From assembly GCA_965222115.1 (NCBI GenBank), contig CBDCTJ010000001.1, forward strand, positions 352,001-416,000: a stretch of 64,000 nt of DNA. The letters are read 5' to 3'. A program made the position numbers and the translations under genes. Shown piece by piece: positions 10,428 through 20,163 of this stretch. The number at the start of each line of letters is the position of its first letter. The stretch's first letter is position 1. The DNA comes from Planctomycetota bacterium. Its GTDB lineage: Bacteria; Planctomycetota; PLA2; JAEUHO01. Below the pieces are notes generated by a model. The model did not search any database. It was not told the DNA's origin and worked only from the letters and a program-made list of their open reading frames with translations.

Positions 10428-10455
10428 ACCATAGCGAAGGCCTAGCGGTCGTCAA
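10428..10455 (-). promoter_or_regulatory. Candidate sigma70-type promoter for the zinc-ribbon ORF
   Basis: Minus strand reads TTGACG-16 nt-TATGGT, immediately upstream of a hairpin-containing leader. Confidence 0.4.
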
Positions 10456-10560
10456 CACACAATTTCCTGCTTCCACCCTGCAGGGCATGCATGCGAGCTA
10501 AAATTCGCCCGTGACAGCGAAATATCCGCCATCACTGCACCCTCGAGCGGCCATAGCTAG

Positions 10561-13515
10561 GTGGAGGCTATGACTGCACCCGTGACGTCAACATCTCACG
10601 ATCGACTGATATCGGACTCTCGGCGTCTTCGATCGCTTGCGATCGCGCTGTTGGGTTGTCCGCACGCAGCCGATGATGCCGTGCAGGAAGTTTGGACGCG
10701 CGTACTCGTTCGAGATCCCGGTGCAACCGAGTTGCACGCGGGGTGGTTGCGTGGCGTTGTTCGAAACGTAGCACGGGAAATGCGCCGTTCGCGACGTCGC
10801 AGACTCGCTCGAGAAACCGTGGCGTATGCCATGCACGCGCGGGACAAGTGCATCGACCGTGGCGCTGCGGATGTCGCCGCTCGGCTTGAAGCGCATGAAG
10901 TACTCGTGCGTAGTGTACGCAGCCTTCCGGAGCCCATTCGCACCGCCATTGCACGACGCTACTTTGACGGTTGGACGGCTGCGCGCATCGCGCGGTTCTA
11001 CGATGTCCCAGCGGCAACGATTCGCTGGCGTTTGCAGCGAGGACTTGTGCTCCTCCGTAACGACCTTGACGAATCGCACGGAACGGCTGGCAGCACGGCT
11101 CTGCTCACCTCACTAGCTACCAAGTTGGCGCCTTGGGTTGCGCTGGGCAAGGGAGTATTGATCGTGTCAGCAACAAGCTGGAAGATCCTCATCGCGGCAG
11201 CTGTCGCTGCGTTAATTGCGCTCGTTCTCTGGGATCTCGCGGAAACGGAATCCGTGTCCGTTCATCGCTCTAATGCCGAAGAAGGCGCGCCAACGCTCGC
11301 TGCCACCTCAGAGCGTACCGAAATGCGAAGCCCGCACACACTGGACGTAGCGGTTGACGACGTGGCCGCGACCGAGAAAGCACGTGTACGCGTTACGGGT
11401 GTCGTGCTCAATGTACGTGGCGTACCCGTGCCGAACGCACAGGTGCGCGTGTCGTGGCAGTCTCATAAGGGCGTAACAACCTCAACCAATTCGGAAGGTC
11501 GCTACGAGCTTGTTGTAGACCCCGGAAGTGAATCTCGATCGATGTTGGCCGTCGTGGAAGCGACGCACAGCGGGCACGGATCGGGTCATGTATGTGCGCG
11601 ACTCGAACCCACACGATCACGTCGTGAAGCTGTAGAGCCAATTCGATTGCAGGCACACGCCCGACTTTCGATACACGTAAGCGGCGAAGGCACCCCGGTA
11701 AAGGATGCACTCGTTTTGCTCGTACGCACGGCGCAACACCGCGGTTCGCCGGCGTGGACCGAACTCGCGCGAGGCATGAGCCGTGCAAACGGCGAATGGA
11801 CGTCGCCGGACCCCGTCGCTGGATCTGTTGCAATTCATGTCGCTGCCAAAGGCTTCGGCCGCACGACGCTGGCGACGTTTGTAGACGCGCGACAAGACAC
11901 GCCGATTGAGATCGCCCTTGGCGAAGAGCGAGTGGCGCGGGTGCAAGTCCTCGATATCGCAACGGGGAATCCGATACCCGGTGCCGACATTGGCATCGCG
12001 AATTACGCGGACAACATAAAGCACCCTCTGCTTCCACAACTCCGCCCCGTCATCACGGACCATGAGGGCTACGCGACCATCGACCAGCTTCCTCTAGATC
12101 GGGCGCTGTACCTACATCCGACGATCGACGGTTATGCCGGCCCCGTAACTGATCTAAAGAAAAACATGATCCACGTGCTGGCACCGTATCAAACGGATCG
12201 CACCGTGTGGATGCAGCCGGTAGGCACGCTAGCGATACCCATCAAGCCAGGTCCCTATGTACCGCCCGTCGGAACGAAGCTTGCGATCGTCTCCAGATCC
12301 ACCATTCCTGGACAAGAAGCCACCGTTACACAAGACGGCGTTCAGATTACCGGAACGCGCATCAAGCCCGGCTGGGCACCCGTCGCAGAGAGTTTCCACG
12401 GCACGCTCGTAGCGCCGGACCAGTCGTGGTCTCGCATTGACGTGAGCTTTGGACACGGAGCCGACAAGCCCATCGAGTTCTTCCCCGACCGAACATTTAC
12501 CGTGGAGGTGACACACGCCGACGGTTCGCCAGCCGCAAAGCTTCCACTGCAATTCAGCAAGCGCGCACCCGGGTTCGCGCCGGTAGTGACCGACGGCGCG
12601 GGACGTGCGAACGTCTCGCACTGCATGCCCGTTGTCGGGGAACTCCGTACCCGCGCACCGGAGCCCTACGTATACGGTCGCGCGAACTCGGTCCTACTGG
12701 GCGATTACAACCCGTTGGCAGACGATGGCGTGCAGCGCTATGTTCTGCCCACCATCCAGACACTCTCCGTACAACTCACCTGTGGAGGAAAGCCACTAAT
12801 TCCTCACCCATTTCGTGTGCGCCTTGACGGAACGATCATCCACTGGAGCCAGATCGAGCAAGACGTAGACACCGGAATGCTACGAATACAGCATCCGCGT
12901 ACAACGAATGACGCCGTTCTGTTCGAGATCGGAGGCTATGGAATTCAAGACGCCAAGAAGCGTCTCGTCATAGGCGCCGCGGCGACGCACACGTTGGAAC
13001 TCACCCGCGCTTGTCGACTCGTGTGCCATGTACAACCGCCCGCAGATGGCAGTTACGTGCTGGGGATTGAACGGTGGAATGCGGCCAAGCGGCAGTGGGA
13101 ACGGGTGCCGCGTCCGATGGAACTCGACTCAAGTGCGAAAGACAGACAGATGCTCGCTGGTGAACACGAGTGGCGATTCATGCGGCTCGCGCCAGGTCGC
13201 TACCGCGTAATCGACTATCATTCTCGCCTTACGAGTGACGCGATCGAGTTTCAACAGGGTGATGATCCGATCCAGGTTGAGCTGAATCTCTCGCGAGCGA
13301 CGTGGGTTCGCTGCAAGGTCACTGCACCACCCTCGTTCACGCTCGAGGGCATCCAACTTCAGGCCTATCGTGGCGACACGCTGCTGCGGGGCCGCTACAA
13401 CATGGAGCGAACGAGCTACTCGGCGCCGACGTATCGAGTTCGCGGTGTCATCGGAGTACCGCTCCGACTTATCGTCAAGCACCCAACTCTACGCATGTTG
13501 CAACCCAAGGTGTGA
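10561..13515 (+). CDS. ECF sigma factor with TM helix and long carboxypeptidase-regulatory-like extension
   Basis: Region 2 'AADDAVQEVW...WLRGVVRN', region 4 'LPEPIRTAI...IARFYDVPAATIRWRLQRG', TM 'ILIAAAVAALIALVLW', then repeats such as 'GVPVPNAQV', 'TNSEGRYEL', 'GNPIPGADI', 'TDGAGRA'. Confidence 0.85.
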   Translation: MEAMTAPVTSTSHDRLISDSRRLRSLAIALLGCPHAADDAVQEVWTRVLVRDPGATELHAGWLRGVVRNVAREMRRSRRRRLARETVAYAMHARDKCIDRGAADVAARLEAHEVLVRSVRSLPEPIRTAIARRYFDGWTAARIARFYDVPAATIRWRLQRGLVLLRNDLDESHGTAGSTALLTSLATKLAPWVALGKGVLIVSATSWKILIAAAVAALIALVLWDLAETESVSVHRSNAEEGAPTLAATSERTEMRSPHTLDVAVDDVAATEKARVRVTGVVLNVRGVPVPNAQVRVSWQSHKGVTTSTNSEGRYELVVDPGSESRSMLAVVEATHSGHGSGHVCARLEPTRSRREAVEPIRLQAHARLSIHVSGEGTPVKDALVLLVRTAQHRGSPAWTELARGMSRANGEWTSPDPVAGSVAIHVAAKGFGRTTLATFVDARQDTPIEIALGEERVARVQVLDIATGNPIPGADIGIANYADNIKHPLLPQLRPVITDHEGYATIDQLPLDRALYLHPTIDGYAGPVTDLKKNMIHVLAPYQTDRTVWMQPVGTLAIPIKPGPYVPPVGTKLAIVSRSTIPGQEATVTQDGVQITGTRIKPGWAPVAESFHGTLVAPDQSWSRIDVSFGHGADKPIEFFPDRTFTVEVTHADGSPAAKLPLQFSKRAPGFAPVVTDGAGRANVSHCMPVVGELRTRAPEPYVYGRANSVLLGDYNPLADDGVQRYVLPTIQTLSVQLTCGGKPLIPHPFRVRLDGTIIHWSQIEQDVDTGMLRIQHPRTTNDAVLFEIGGYGIQDAKKRLVIGAAATHTLELTRACRLVCHVQPPADGSYVLGIERWNAAKRQWERVPRPMELDSSAKDRQMLAGEHEWRFMRLAPGRYRVIDYHSRLTSDAIEFQQGDDPIQVELNLSRATWVRCKVTAPPSFTLEGIQLQAYRGDTLLRGRYNMERTSYSAPTYRVRGVIGVPLRLIVKHPTLRMLQPKV

Positions 13516-14141
13516 CCGTGCGCCCGGGATCGGCAAATGTCGCCAAGCTCGAACTCGTTCGTGGTGAGTCTTCAATGCAATTCCGGCTAAGCGCGGAATC
13601 CCCTATTAAGTCTTCGACGATGACGGCGTGGATAACGGTCGATAGCGACACGAAGCCTCGCCGGTTGAAAGCAACCCGGGTAGACAGCGTTTGGACGTTG
13701 CATTCACTTCCTGCGTCGGAAGCGTTTACTGTGATCCTGGATCCAGGTCGAGCGTATGAGCCCAAACAACTCGGCCCGTTTGAACCCATGCACGGCCAAC
13801 GCGATCTTGGCACCGTTGCTGTCAACAGGGGCTCAACACTTCGTGTCAGCGTACGTCACAGTGAGAGCAAGCGGCAACCGGCGGTCCTCGTCGAGGTGCT
13901 CCTGAAGATCCACGGCTCTACGATTACTCGTTGGGCATGGGCCGAAAGCGGTGCATCAGGCGACATTGTCGTTCGGGGACTTCCATCGGGCACGCATCGA
14001 GCATTCGTCAAGCCCGGCCATATTCCACCGAACGCATTCGCTACATCGTCGGCCGGTGCATCGAAGCGCCCAGACCCCATCATTCGAGACGTCGATATCC
14101 CGATCGATGGGGAAGGCGTCTTGGACGTAACCCTGCGTTAG
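13512..14141 (+). CDS. Beta-sandwich protein, or frameshifted C-terminus of the ECF sigma factor
   Basis: Overlapping frame open from 13302. Motifs 'RDLGTVAVNRGSTLRV' and 'RGLPSGTH' match the upstream repeats. GTG 13512 overlaps the upstream TGA. Confidence 0.55.
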   Translation: MTVRPGSANVAKLELVRGESSMQFRLSAESPIKSSTMTAWITVDSDTKPRRLKATRVDSVWTLHSLPASEAFTVILDPGRAYEPKQLGPFEPMHGQRDLGTVAVNRGSTLRVSVRHSESKRQPAVLVEVLLKIHGSTITRWAWAESGASGDIVVRGLPSGTHRAFVKPGHIPPNAFATSSAGASKRPDPIIRDVDIPIDGEGVLDVTLR

Positions 14142-14189
14142 AAATAGCATATCGCGTTGTGAGGTTCACGTGCCGCAATCAACTGGCAG

Positions 14190-15536
14190 CTACTTGGCCT
14201 TGCCGTACTTCCCCTGCAACGCCCGCAACATCCGTTTGCGCTCTTTCGCGGCTTCTTTCTTTGCGCCCGATAACGAGGGGGCATCACCACTTGCGAATTC
14301 GCGCATCAACGCCCAAATCATGAGTTTCCGAGTGGTCCACGAGTCTGCGGCATCGGCAGCAACTCGCTCGCCGGCGATCAACAGACCCAGCAGCTTCTTT
14401 CGGTCATCGGTCATCATGACGCCACTTACGGAGAGATCGCCCCAAAACGCTTTGTTCTTCTCTTCGTCGAAGCGCACGCCTGGAAATACATACGTGACGG
14501 CCATGAGCCCCTTGCGCGCAAGCGTTCGAGTATCGTCGGTCTTCTTGGCGCAGTAGGACTGAAACCCTTCGTCCTTCGCCGCCGTGCGAAACACCGACGA
14601 CGACGGGGCTCGATCCAATAGTTGGCTCAGTATCGATTCATACTTCTTCGACTCAAGCAACGGCGCCAACTCCTTTGCATTGAGCGGAAACGCCTTGCCA
14701 TAGGCCTTCACGATCCATCCGCGCAGATCTATTGACTTGCCCGAACTTCCGGCCAGCTCGAAGAGCGCCTTGTCGCGCTTCTCTTTCTTGGAAGGTGACC
14801 ACGACTTGAGCACAGTATCGAGCAGTTGAATGCCTTTCACATCCTTGGGTTCACCTTCGATCTCGGGAGAACTACCCAGCACGCCTTCGGCCCATTCCTT
14901 AATGTTGAACGATACCGGCGCTTTGGCCACGAGCGACTTCATGGAGGCACGTAGCGCATCCTTGTCCTTTCCGAGTGTGGCATCCAAGTACTGTGTAAGC
15001 AACGTCGCAGCACTGGATTCGATGCCGAGCGCCTTCTCAATGGCGGCGTCCGCGCCGTATGGGCCACCCACATAACACACCAGACCTTTACTGTCGATGA
15101 CGTAAGAACTCGGCCAGCTCTTAGGCTTGTAGCGCTTGATACACGCTTGGTCAGGATCGCAGCCCACTGGCATCGTGTATGATTTCTCGTTCAAGAACGA
15201 CTTCACGTCGTCAGCAGCTTCGCGCGTAATGGCAACCACCAACAATCCTCGTGATTGGTAACGTTCCCACAACGTCTGAATCTTGGGCATCGAGCGAACG
15301 CACGGCCCACACCAGGTACCCCAAAGTTCAACGAGTATCGCCTTGTGCTCGGTCCCGTCGCATGGGTTCTTGCCCCCTTCGCAGTTTAGCCACGTCTTGG
15401 CGGAGATCTTGGGTGCCTTCTCTCCCACCGCAGGCCGCGCCGATGCCGGCGCTTCCTTTGCCAACACGCTTGCACTGCTCATCAACGAAACCACGACAAT
15501 GCCTACGCTCAACGTCACCCAAAGCGACTTTTTCAC
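14190..15536 (-). CDS. Exported TlpA/redoxin-family thiol-disulfide oxidoreductase with C-terminal helical extension
   Basis: Signal peptide, 'VGEKAP', 'ELWGTWCGPC', 'WPSSYVID'. GGGAGG RBS before the GTG. Confidence 0.85.
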   Translation of the reverse strand: MKKSLWVTLSVGIVVVSLMSSASVLAKEAPASARPAVGEKAPKISAKTWLNCEGGKNPCDGTEHKAILVELWGTWCGPCVRSMPKIQTLWERYQSRGLLVVAITREAADDVKSFLNEKSYTMPVGCDPDQACIKRYKPKSWPSSYVIDSKGLVCYVGGPYGADAAIEKALGIESSAATLLTQYLDATLGKDKDALRASMKSLVAKAPVSFNIKEWAEGVLGSSPEIEGEPKDVKGIQLLDTVLKSWSPSKKEKRDKALFELAGSSGKSIDLRGWIVKAYGKAFPLNAKELAPLLESKKYESILSQLLDRAPSSSVFRTAAKDEGFQSYCAKKTDDTRTLARKGLMAVTYVFPGVRFDEEKNKAFWGDLSVSGVMMTDDRKKLLGLLIAGERVAADAADSWTTRKLMIWALMREFASGDAPSLSGAKKEAAKERKRMLRALQGKYGKAK

Positions 15537-15682
15537 GTCGAACCCTCCCAGATACGCCTCCGACAGTGCACCTGCCGCGGGTGCCCTCGACGACAGGGGG
15601 TGGACGTATGGGCGCTATACTATTGCGCTTGCAACACCAACGTGTAACGGCTCATGCTCTGCACCACCCAATGGGCGCACGT

Positions 15683-16054
15683 TTACACATGTTGATCGAT
15701 GAGCACGGGATTTCCATCGGGATCCACGAGCATGATGCTCGCCGGGCCCTTGGTGCCGTCTTCCACGCGCGTCAGCAACGTGATGCCCTTGTCGTCAAGG
15801 TGTTTTTGAATATCGCGGACATCGGTAAAGCCCTCGATCGTCTTACCGTCGCGCGTCCAACCGGGATTGAACGTCAGGCAGTTCTTCTCGAACATGCCCT
15901 GGAACAGACCAATCGTGCTCGTCTCATTCTGCAAAATGAGCCAGTTCTGCTTGGGGTCGCCGCCAAACTTTTTGAATCCCAACGATTCATAGAACGCCCG
16001 CGATACGGCGAGGTCCTTAACGGCAAGGCTGACGGAGAAGTTTCCTAGATTCAT
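15683..16054 (-). CDS. VOC/glyoxalase family protein
   Basis: '[27 protein letters not shown]' and '[13 protein letters not shown]'. Confidence 0.9.
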   Translation of the reverse strand: MNLGNFSVSLAVKDLAVSRAFYESLGFKKFGGDPKQNWLILQNETSTIGLFQGMFEKNCLTFNPGWTRDGKTIEGFTDVRDIQKHLDDKGITLLTRVEDGTKGPASIMLVDPDGNPVLIDQHV

Positions 16055-16137
16055 GATGGCTCCTTTGATTTCCATTGTGGAGGAGTTTGCGGAGCCGTTG
16101 AATAGGGCGCTATCCAAATCTTGCGGAATCTAAATTT

Positions 16138-17040
16138 ATGGACACGAAGCCAACGTCCATCGACTACGTCGAGCGAGTCAATCTGGCGATCGACTACATT
16201 CTCCAGAACCTCGATCAGCCCATTCGGCTCGATCGCGTGGCGGCTGTGGCGTGCTTTTCGCCATTTCACTTTCATCGCATATTTCGTTCGCTCGTTGGCG
16301 AAACGCTGCGCCAGTTCGTTCGGCGACTACGTCTCGAGCGTGCGCTGCGCATGATGAATCATCGTCCAAACCTGTCCCTCACAGACATCGGCCTGGCGTG
16401 TGGATTTTCTTCGTCGTCTGATTTCGCACGTTCCTTCAAACAACGGTTTGGTGTGCCACCAAGCGCGTTCGACATCAAGACCTATCGAGATCAGAATCGA
16501 GACAAACTCATCGAGTCCGCGTCACCGTCGGGCCACCGCCTTGAGCGACTGCCGGTCGGCGAGAATCCCGATGGGTTCACGGTGACCCTTCGCGACGTGC
16601 CCGCTCGCACCGTCGCCTACATCCGTGTGGCCCGACCGTTCGAAGGTGTGCCTGTTATGGAGGCGGCAACGCGACTGGTAACGTGGGCAACGTCCCGTGG
16701 GTTGGAGCATGGACAGTGGCTCGGGTACATGTGGGACGATCCCGAGACAGTCGCGCTCGAAGACTGCCGCTATGACGTAGGCGTTGTTGTCCCCGATGTC
16801 ACGCCCCGCGGCGAAATCGGACGCTTCGACTTTCCACCCATGCTGGTTGCCGACGTGGAAATCCACGGGGAGATCGATCTAGAGCAACGGGCCATCGACT
16901 GGATCTGGGGCACATGGCTCCCGCAAAGCGGGTACGTACCCACCGATCTTCCATCGTTCGAAGCGTGGCAGGGACTGCCGTTCGCTCATGGGGAGAGCTA
17001 TTACGAACTCAACCTGCAGCTACCAGTTGAACGACCGTAG
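16138..17040 (+). CDS. AraC-family regulator with GyrI-like effector domain
   Basis: 'FSPFHFHRIF', 'RRLRLERA', 'GFSSSSDFARSFK' and C-terminal 'DDPE...CRYD', 'WLPQSGY'. Divergent from the VOC gene. Confidence 0.93.
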   Translation: MDTKPTSIDYVERVNLAIDYILQNLDQPIRLDRVAAVACFSPFHFHRIFRSLVGETLRQFVRRLRLERALRMMNHRPNLSLTDIGLACGFSSSSDFARSFKQRFGVPPSAFDIKTYRDQNRDKLIESASPSGHRLERLPVGENPDGFTVTLRDVPARTVAYIRVARPFEGVPVMEAATRLVTWATSRGLEHGQWLGYMWDDPETVALEDCRYDVGVVVPDVTPRGEIGRFDFPPMLVADVEIHGEIDLEQRAIDWIWGTWLPQSGYVPTDLPSFEAWQGLPFAHGESYYELNLQLPVERP

Positions 17041-17143
17041 CGTCGAGCGAGATCAATTGCGATCGAGATGCGACCCCGCTGTACCCACCCGCCTCTCGAT
17101 TCGCCACAGGTACGCGCCCTTCCGCGCAGCACCTAGCCTTCGT

Positions 17144-17271
17144 AGTCGGGTGCATAAAGGGGTTTGTCCCCTTGATAAACATGGCAAGGGGGTTAGCTCA
17201 CGATCTTGGTTCGCGACGCGTAGCGGAGCCATCCAAGTCGGGAGCGTAAGGGGCCTGCCCCTTGTAAAACA
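17144..17271. repeat. Two imperfect ~37-bp REP-like direct repeats, each with an AAGGGG-n-CCCCTT hairpin
   Basis: agtcgggtgcataaaggggtttgtccccttgataaaca (17144-17181) and agtcgggagcgtaaggggcctgccccttgtaaaaca (17236-17271). Confidence 0.6.
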
Positions 17272-17274
17272 CGG

Positions 17275-17346
17275 AGCCCCGGGTCGGATTTGAACCGACG
17301 ACCCCAGCTTTACGAAAGCTGTGCTCTACCACTGAGCTACCAGGGC
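17275..17346 (-). tRNA. tRNA-Thr(CGT)
   Basis: Reverse complement GCCCTGGTAGCTCAGTGGTAGAGCACAGCTTTCGTAAAGCTGGGGTCGTCGGTTCAAATCCGACCCGGGGCT forms a cloverleaf with anticodon loop TTCGTAA and a GGTTCAAATCC T-arm. It is followed by CCG, so CCA is not encoded. Confidence 0.96.
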
Positions 17347-17591
17347 GTATTGTCTTTCAGGGTGTACTGCCCATGAGACGGTCGGCGCGTGGCCGGCTGG
17401 AGAAGGTATCGGAAAGTCGGCTGTTGGGCGTGTTGTTTTGGAGCCCGTGTAGCCTCGCTCGAGCACATCAGAGCGCACGCCGCGCATGAGTCGTCACGAA
17501 GATAGACGACGAGGCAAACAAAGCCACCGCGATGGCGCCGGGAGGCGCATGAAACGGCCGGCCGGCGCGTAGAATCGGTTTCGAGAGGCCC

Positions 17592-19151
17592 ATGCCGACT
17601 GTTTCCTCCCCTTCCGTGACGACGTGCCCGCGGTGCAATGCGCCGGTTCGGGGGGTGTACAAGTTCTGCCCGGAGTGTGCCTATCGGCTCGCGCCCGTGG
17701 AGGTCATGGCCGAGTCCGTGCAGCGGGCATCAAGGCATTCGTGGCCCATGTGGCTACTCACGGCATTCGTGCTTGCGCTTTTGGGGAGCCTCTTCGCCAT
17801 CGGCTATTCGCTGCTCACCGCCAAGCCCGAGTCCATGGAGGTCGAAGAGCGAACGCCCGAGACGCGACGACTCGAAGTCAACGATATCGATAGCCAGTTT
17901 GAATTCGTGCCGGGAGGTATTGCCCACATTGGAAGCGAGACGGAGATCGTGAAGCAACCGCAGCCGCTTCCCGAAGACTTGATTGCGGACGTAATCGAAG
18001 ACCTAGCATTTGACTGGGGCCACGACGAAGCGCAGGCACTTTTGAATCGCCCCACGATGGTCGCGGGAAGTTGGCCAGCCATCTTTAGCACGGCGTGGAT
18101 GACGTACAAGAGTTCGCTGGAAGCCCTGCGTGAAACGCGCGAGATTCGGATCGCCATGCGCGCGCCCGATGTGTGGCTCATGCGGCAGGAAGTCACGTGC
18201 GGGCAGTACGCTGCCTTCGTTGACGCCATGCACGAGTCGCCAAGTACATTCCGCGCGCCCCAGTGGGCCCATGCGCTCTGGCAGCCAACACACAAAGAAG
18301 GACAAGACTACACACGCGGCTACGAAAAAGCGTGGCGTCGCGCACTTGGGGAGCACTGGGCACACATCAAGGCGTCACCATCATCCTCAGAAGACGAAGC
18401 ATTGACGGAATCGCTGAAGCAACTATTCATGCTACCGCTGTCGCCCAAGGCCGCCGCCTGGCTACTTACGCCAGTCTCCTGGGTGTCCTTGTCGCCCGAT
18501 GGAAGTCTCACGTACGCCATTCCAAAGGATCAAGACGATACGCCCGTGACGGGCGTGTCGTGGTGGGACGCCAACATATTCGTGGAGTGGGTGCGGCAAC
18601 GTCTTGCCAATCCAAACATCAAGTTGCCCAACGAAGCTGAGTACAGCTTGGCGTTTCATGGCGGTCTCAATCTCGATCGGGATGAGGAGCCAAGCTTGAT
18701 TTGGCCCTGGGGCACGGAAGACGATGTGCAGCGCTGCAACAATCTCAACTACGGCGAGTTATCGGGTCAAGTGCGACTGGATTCGGTCCACCGCGAAGTG
18801 GCGCGCCAGCAGCTGCTCGGATCGACGTCTTCCCGCACAAGCATCGTCTCACTTGCAGGCAATGCAGCCGAATGGGTGCTTGAAAGTGACTTCAATCGCC
18901 ACAGCGAGCCGGGCCGTCCCGCATACTACGTAGCTCGCGACGACCTCGACGACGTACGCGTTCATATGAAAGGGGCACGCAAACGCTCCGGCTGGGACCG
19001 TGCCACGCTCGCCGGCGGCTCGTATCGAGATGGATTGGATGACTGTGCCTATCACCCTTCGCGCAGTTGGCCGTCGGAAGACAAACGAGTACGTCGCGCC
19101 TACATTGGATTTCGATTGGCCATGCGACCGGCGCCATTTGGTAGCGATTGA
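17592..19151 (+). CDS. Zinc-ribbon + TM + FGE-sulfatase (SUMF1) domain protein
   Basis: 'CPRC...FCPEC', a TM helix, then 'EVTCGQY', 'PVTGVSWWDA', 'LPNEAEY', 'WPWG', 'LAGNAAEW', 'IGFRLA'. Confidence 0.85.
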   Translation: MPTVSSPSVTTCPRCNAPVRGVYKFCPECAYRLAPVEVMAESVQRASRHSWPMWLLTAFVLALLGSLFAIGYSLLTAKPESMEVEERTPETRRLEVNDIDSQFEFVPGGIAHIGSETEIVKQPQPLPEDLIADVIEDLAFDWGHDEAQALLNRPTMVAGSWPAIFSTAWMTYKSSLEALRETREIRIAMRAPDVWLMRQEVTCGQYAAFVDAMHESPSTFRAPQWAHALWQPTHKEGQDYTRGYEKAWRRALGEHWAHIKASPSSSEDEALTESLKQLFMLPLSPKAAAWLLTPVSWVSLSPDGSLTYAIPKDQDDTPVTGVSWWDANIFVEWVRQRLANPNIKLPNEAEYSLAFHGGLNLDRDEEPSLIWPWGTEDDVQRCNNLNYGELSGQVRLDSVHREVARQQLLGSTSSRTSIVSLAGNAAEWVLESDFNRHSEPGRPAYYVARDDLDDVRVHMKGARKRSGWDRATLAGGSYRDGLDDCAYHPSRSWPSEDKRVRRAYIGFRLAMRPAPFGSD

Positions 19152-19154
19152 TTC

Positions 19155-20057
19155 GTGCATCGAGGAACAACCGCCTTATTGGTCGTGCTCATGCTGGCCG
19201 CGGGAGCAGCGGCGTGGTTGCTCATGCGAGACGCGCCTGTAGGCGTTGCCGAGCACGATCCGCGATCCCTAGAGCCCGCACCCTCACCTGCATCGAGCAA
19301 CACGGGGACGAACGCACATACCGGAGCCAACGCTACCTCCGGCGATACCGCACTAAACAGCGAACCGCCAATAGAACTCGAGGTGGACGACGTTCCCCGC
19401 ATCTACCCGCCGGACGCTGCTATCGAAGACCTGCGCGATTTGACCACAGGTAGCACGGAACCGACCTGGCGTGAATGGCAACACGCGACCAAGAACGCAT
19501 TACGCAGTCGCACGTGGCTAAACGAATACTGGAAGGCACTGCGTGTGCTTCCACCGGGGCACATGCGCACGTTGGGGCTATCCGCGCTCGGCATACTACG
19601 CAGCGATGCAGCATTTCGAACACGCGTCACGCGAGCCATTACCCGCCGGGCGAACGTACATCCCGACGACGTGACGGGTTTGTTGTTGGCACTCGCCTAT
19701 GCCAGCGACCCGACGAGCAAGACGGCCAAGACCATCCAAGCCGACGGCTACTCGTTTCAAATCGACACCCTTGAACTCACCCCGCAGACCGCCGACGCAC
19801 TCGCAAGTATGCTCACAGCCCTAGAGAGCAAACACACGCTTGCGATCTCGGTCTTGATGCACAACGTGGAAGCGTCCGTCGACGCTGCACGCAAGCTCCT
19901 GCTTCAAGGCTCGAGACGCGACGCCAAAGATGTCGAACTCAGGGCGTGGGTTGCAGACGTGGTGCCGGCGATTAGAGCGGCCCTCATTGGCGCTGCGCTC
20001 AAGCATGACGGGTGGAACGAACAGGAACGGGCGGCACTCGTTAAAGGACGGGAATAG
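19155..20057 (+). CDS. Hypothetical membrane-anchored or exported protein
   Basis: Starts 3 nt after the FGE gene. N-terminal hydrophobic helix, low-complexity linker and helical body. Confidence 0.6.
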   Translation: MHRGTTALLVVLMLAAGAAAWLLMRDAPVGVAEHDPRSLEPAPSPASSNTGTNAHTGANATSGDTALNSEPPIELEVDDVPRIYPPDAAIEDLRDLTTGSTEPTWREWQHATKNALRSRTWLNEYWKALRVLPPGHMRTLGLSALGILRSDAAFRTRVTRAITRRANVHPDDVTGLLLALAYASDPTSKTAKTIQADGYSFQIDTLELTPQTADALASMLTALESKHTLAISVLMHNVEASVDAARKLLLQGSRRDAKDVELRAWVADVVPAIRAALIGAALKHDGWNEQERAALVKGRE

Positions 20058-20163
20058 ACGTACTTCGCACGAGCTAGATGTTCTCGGTACTCGACTTGGT
20101 GAACGATCCCTTTAGTTCTGCCCTTCGATGCGCACGACGCGGATCTTCCGATTTCACCAATTG

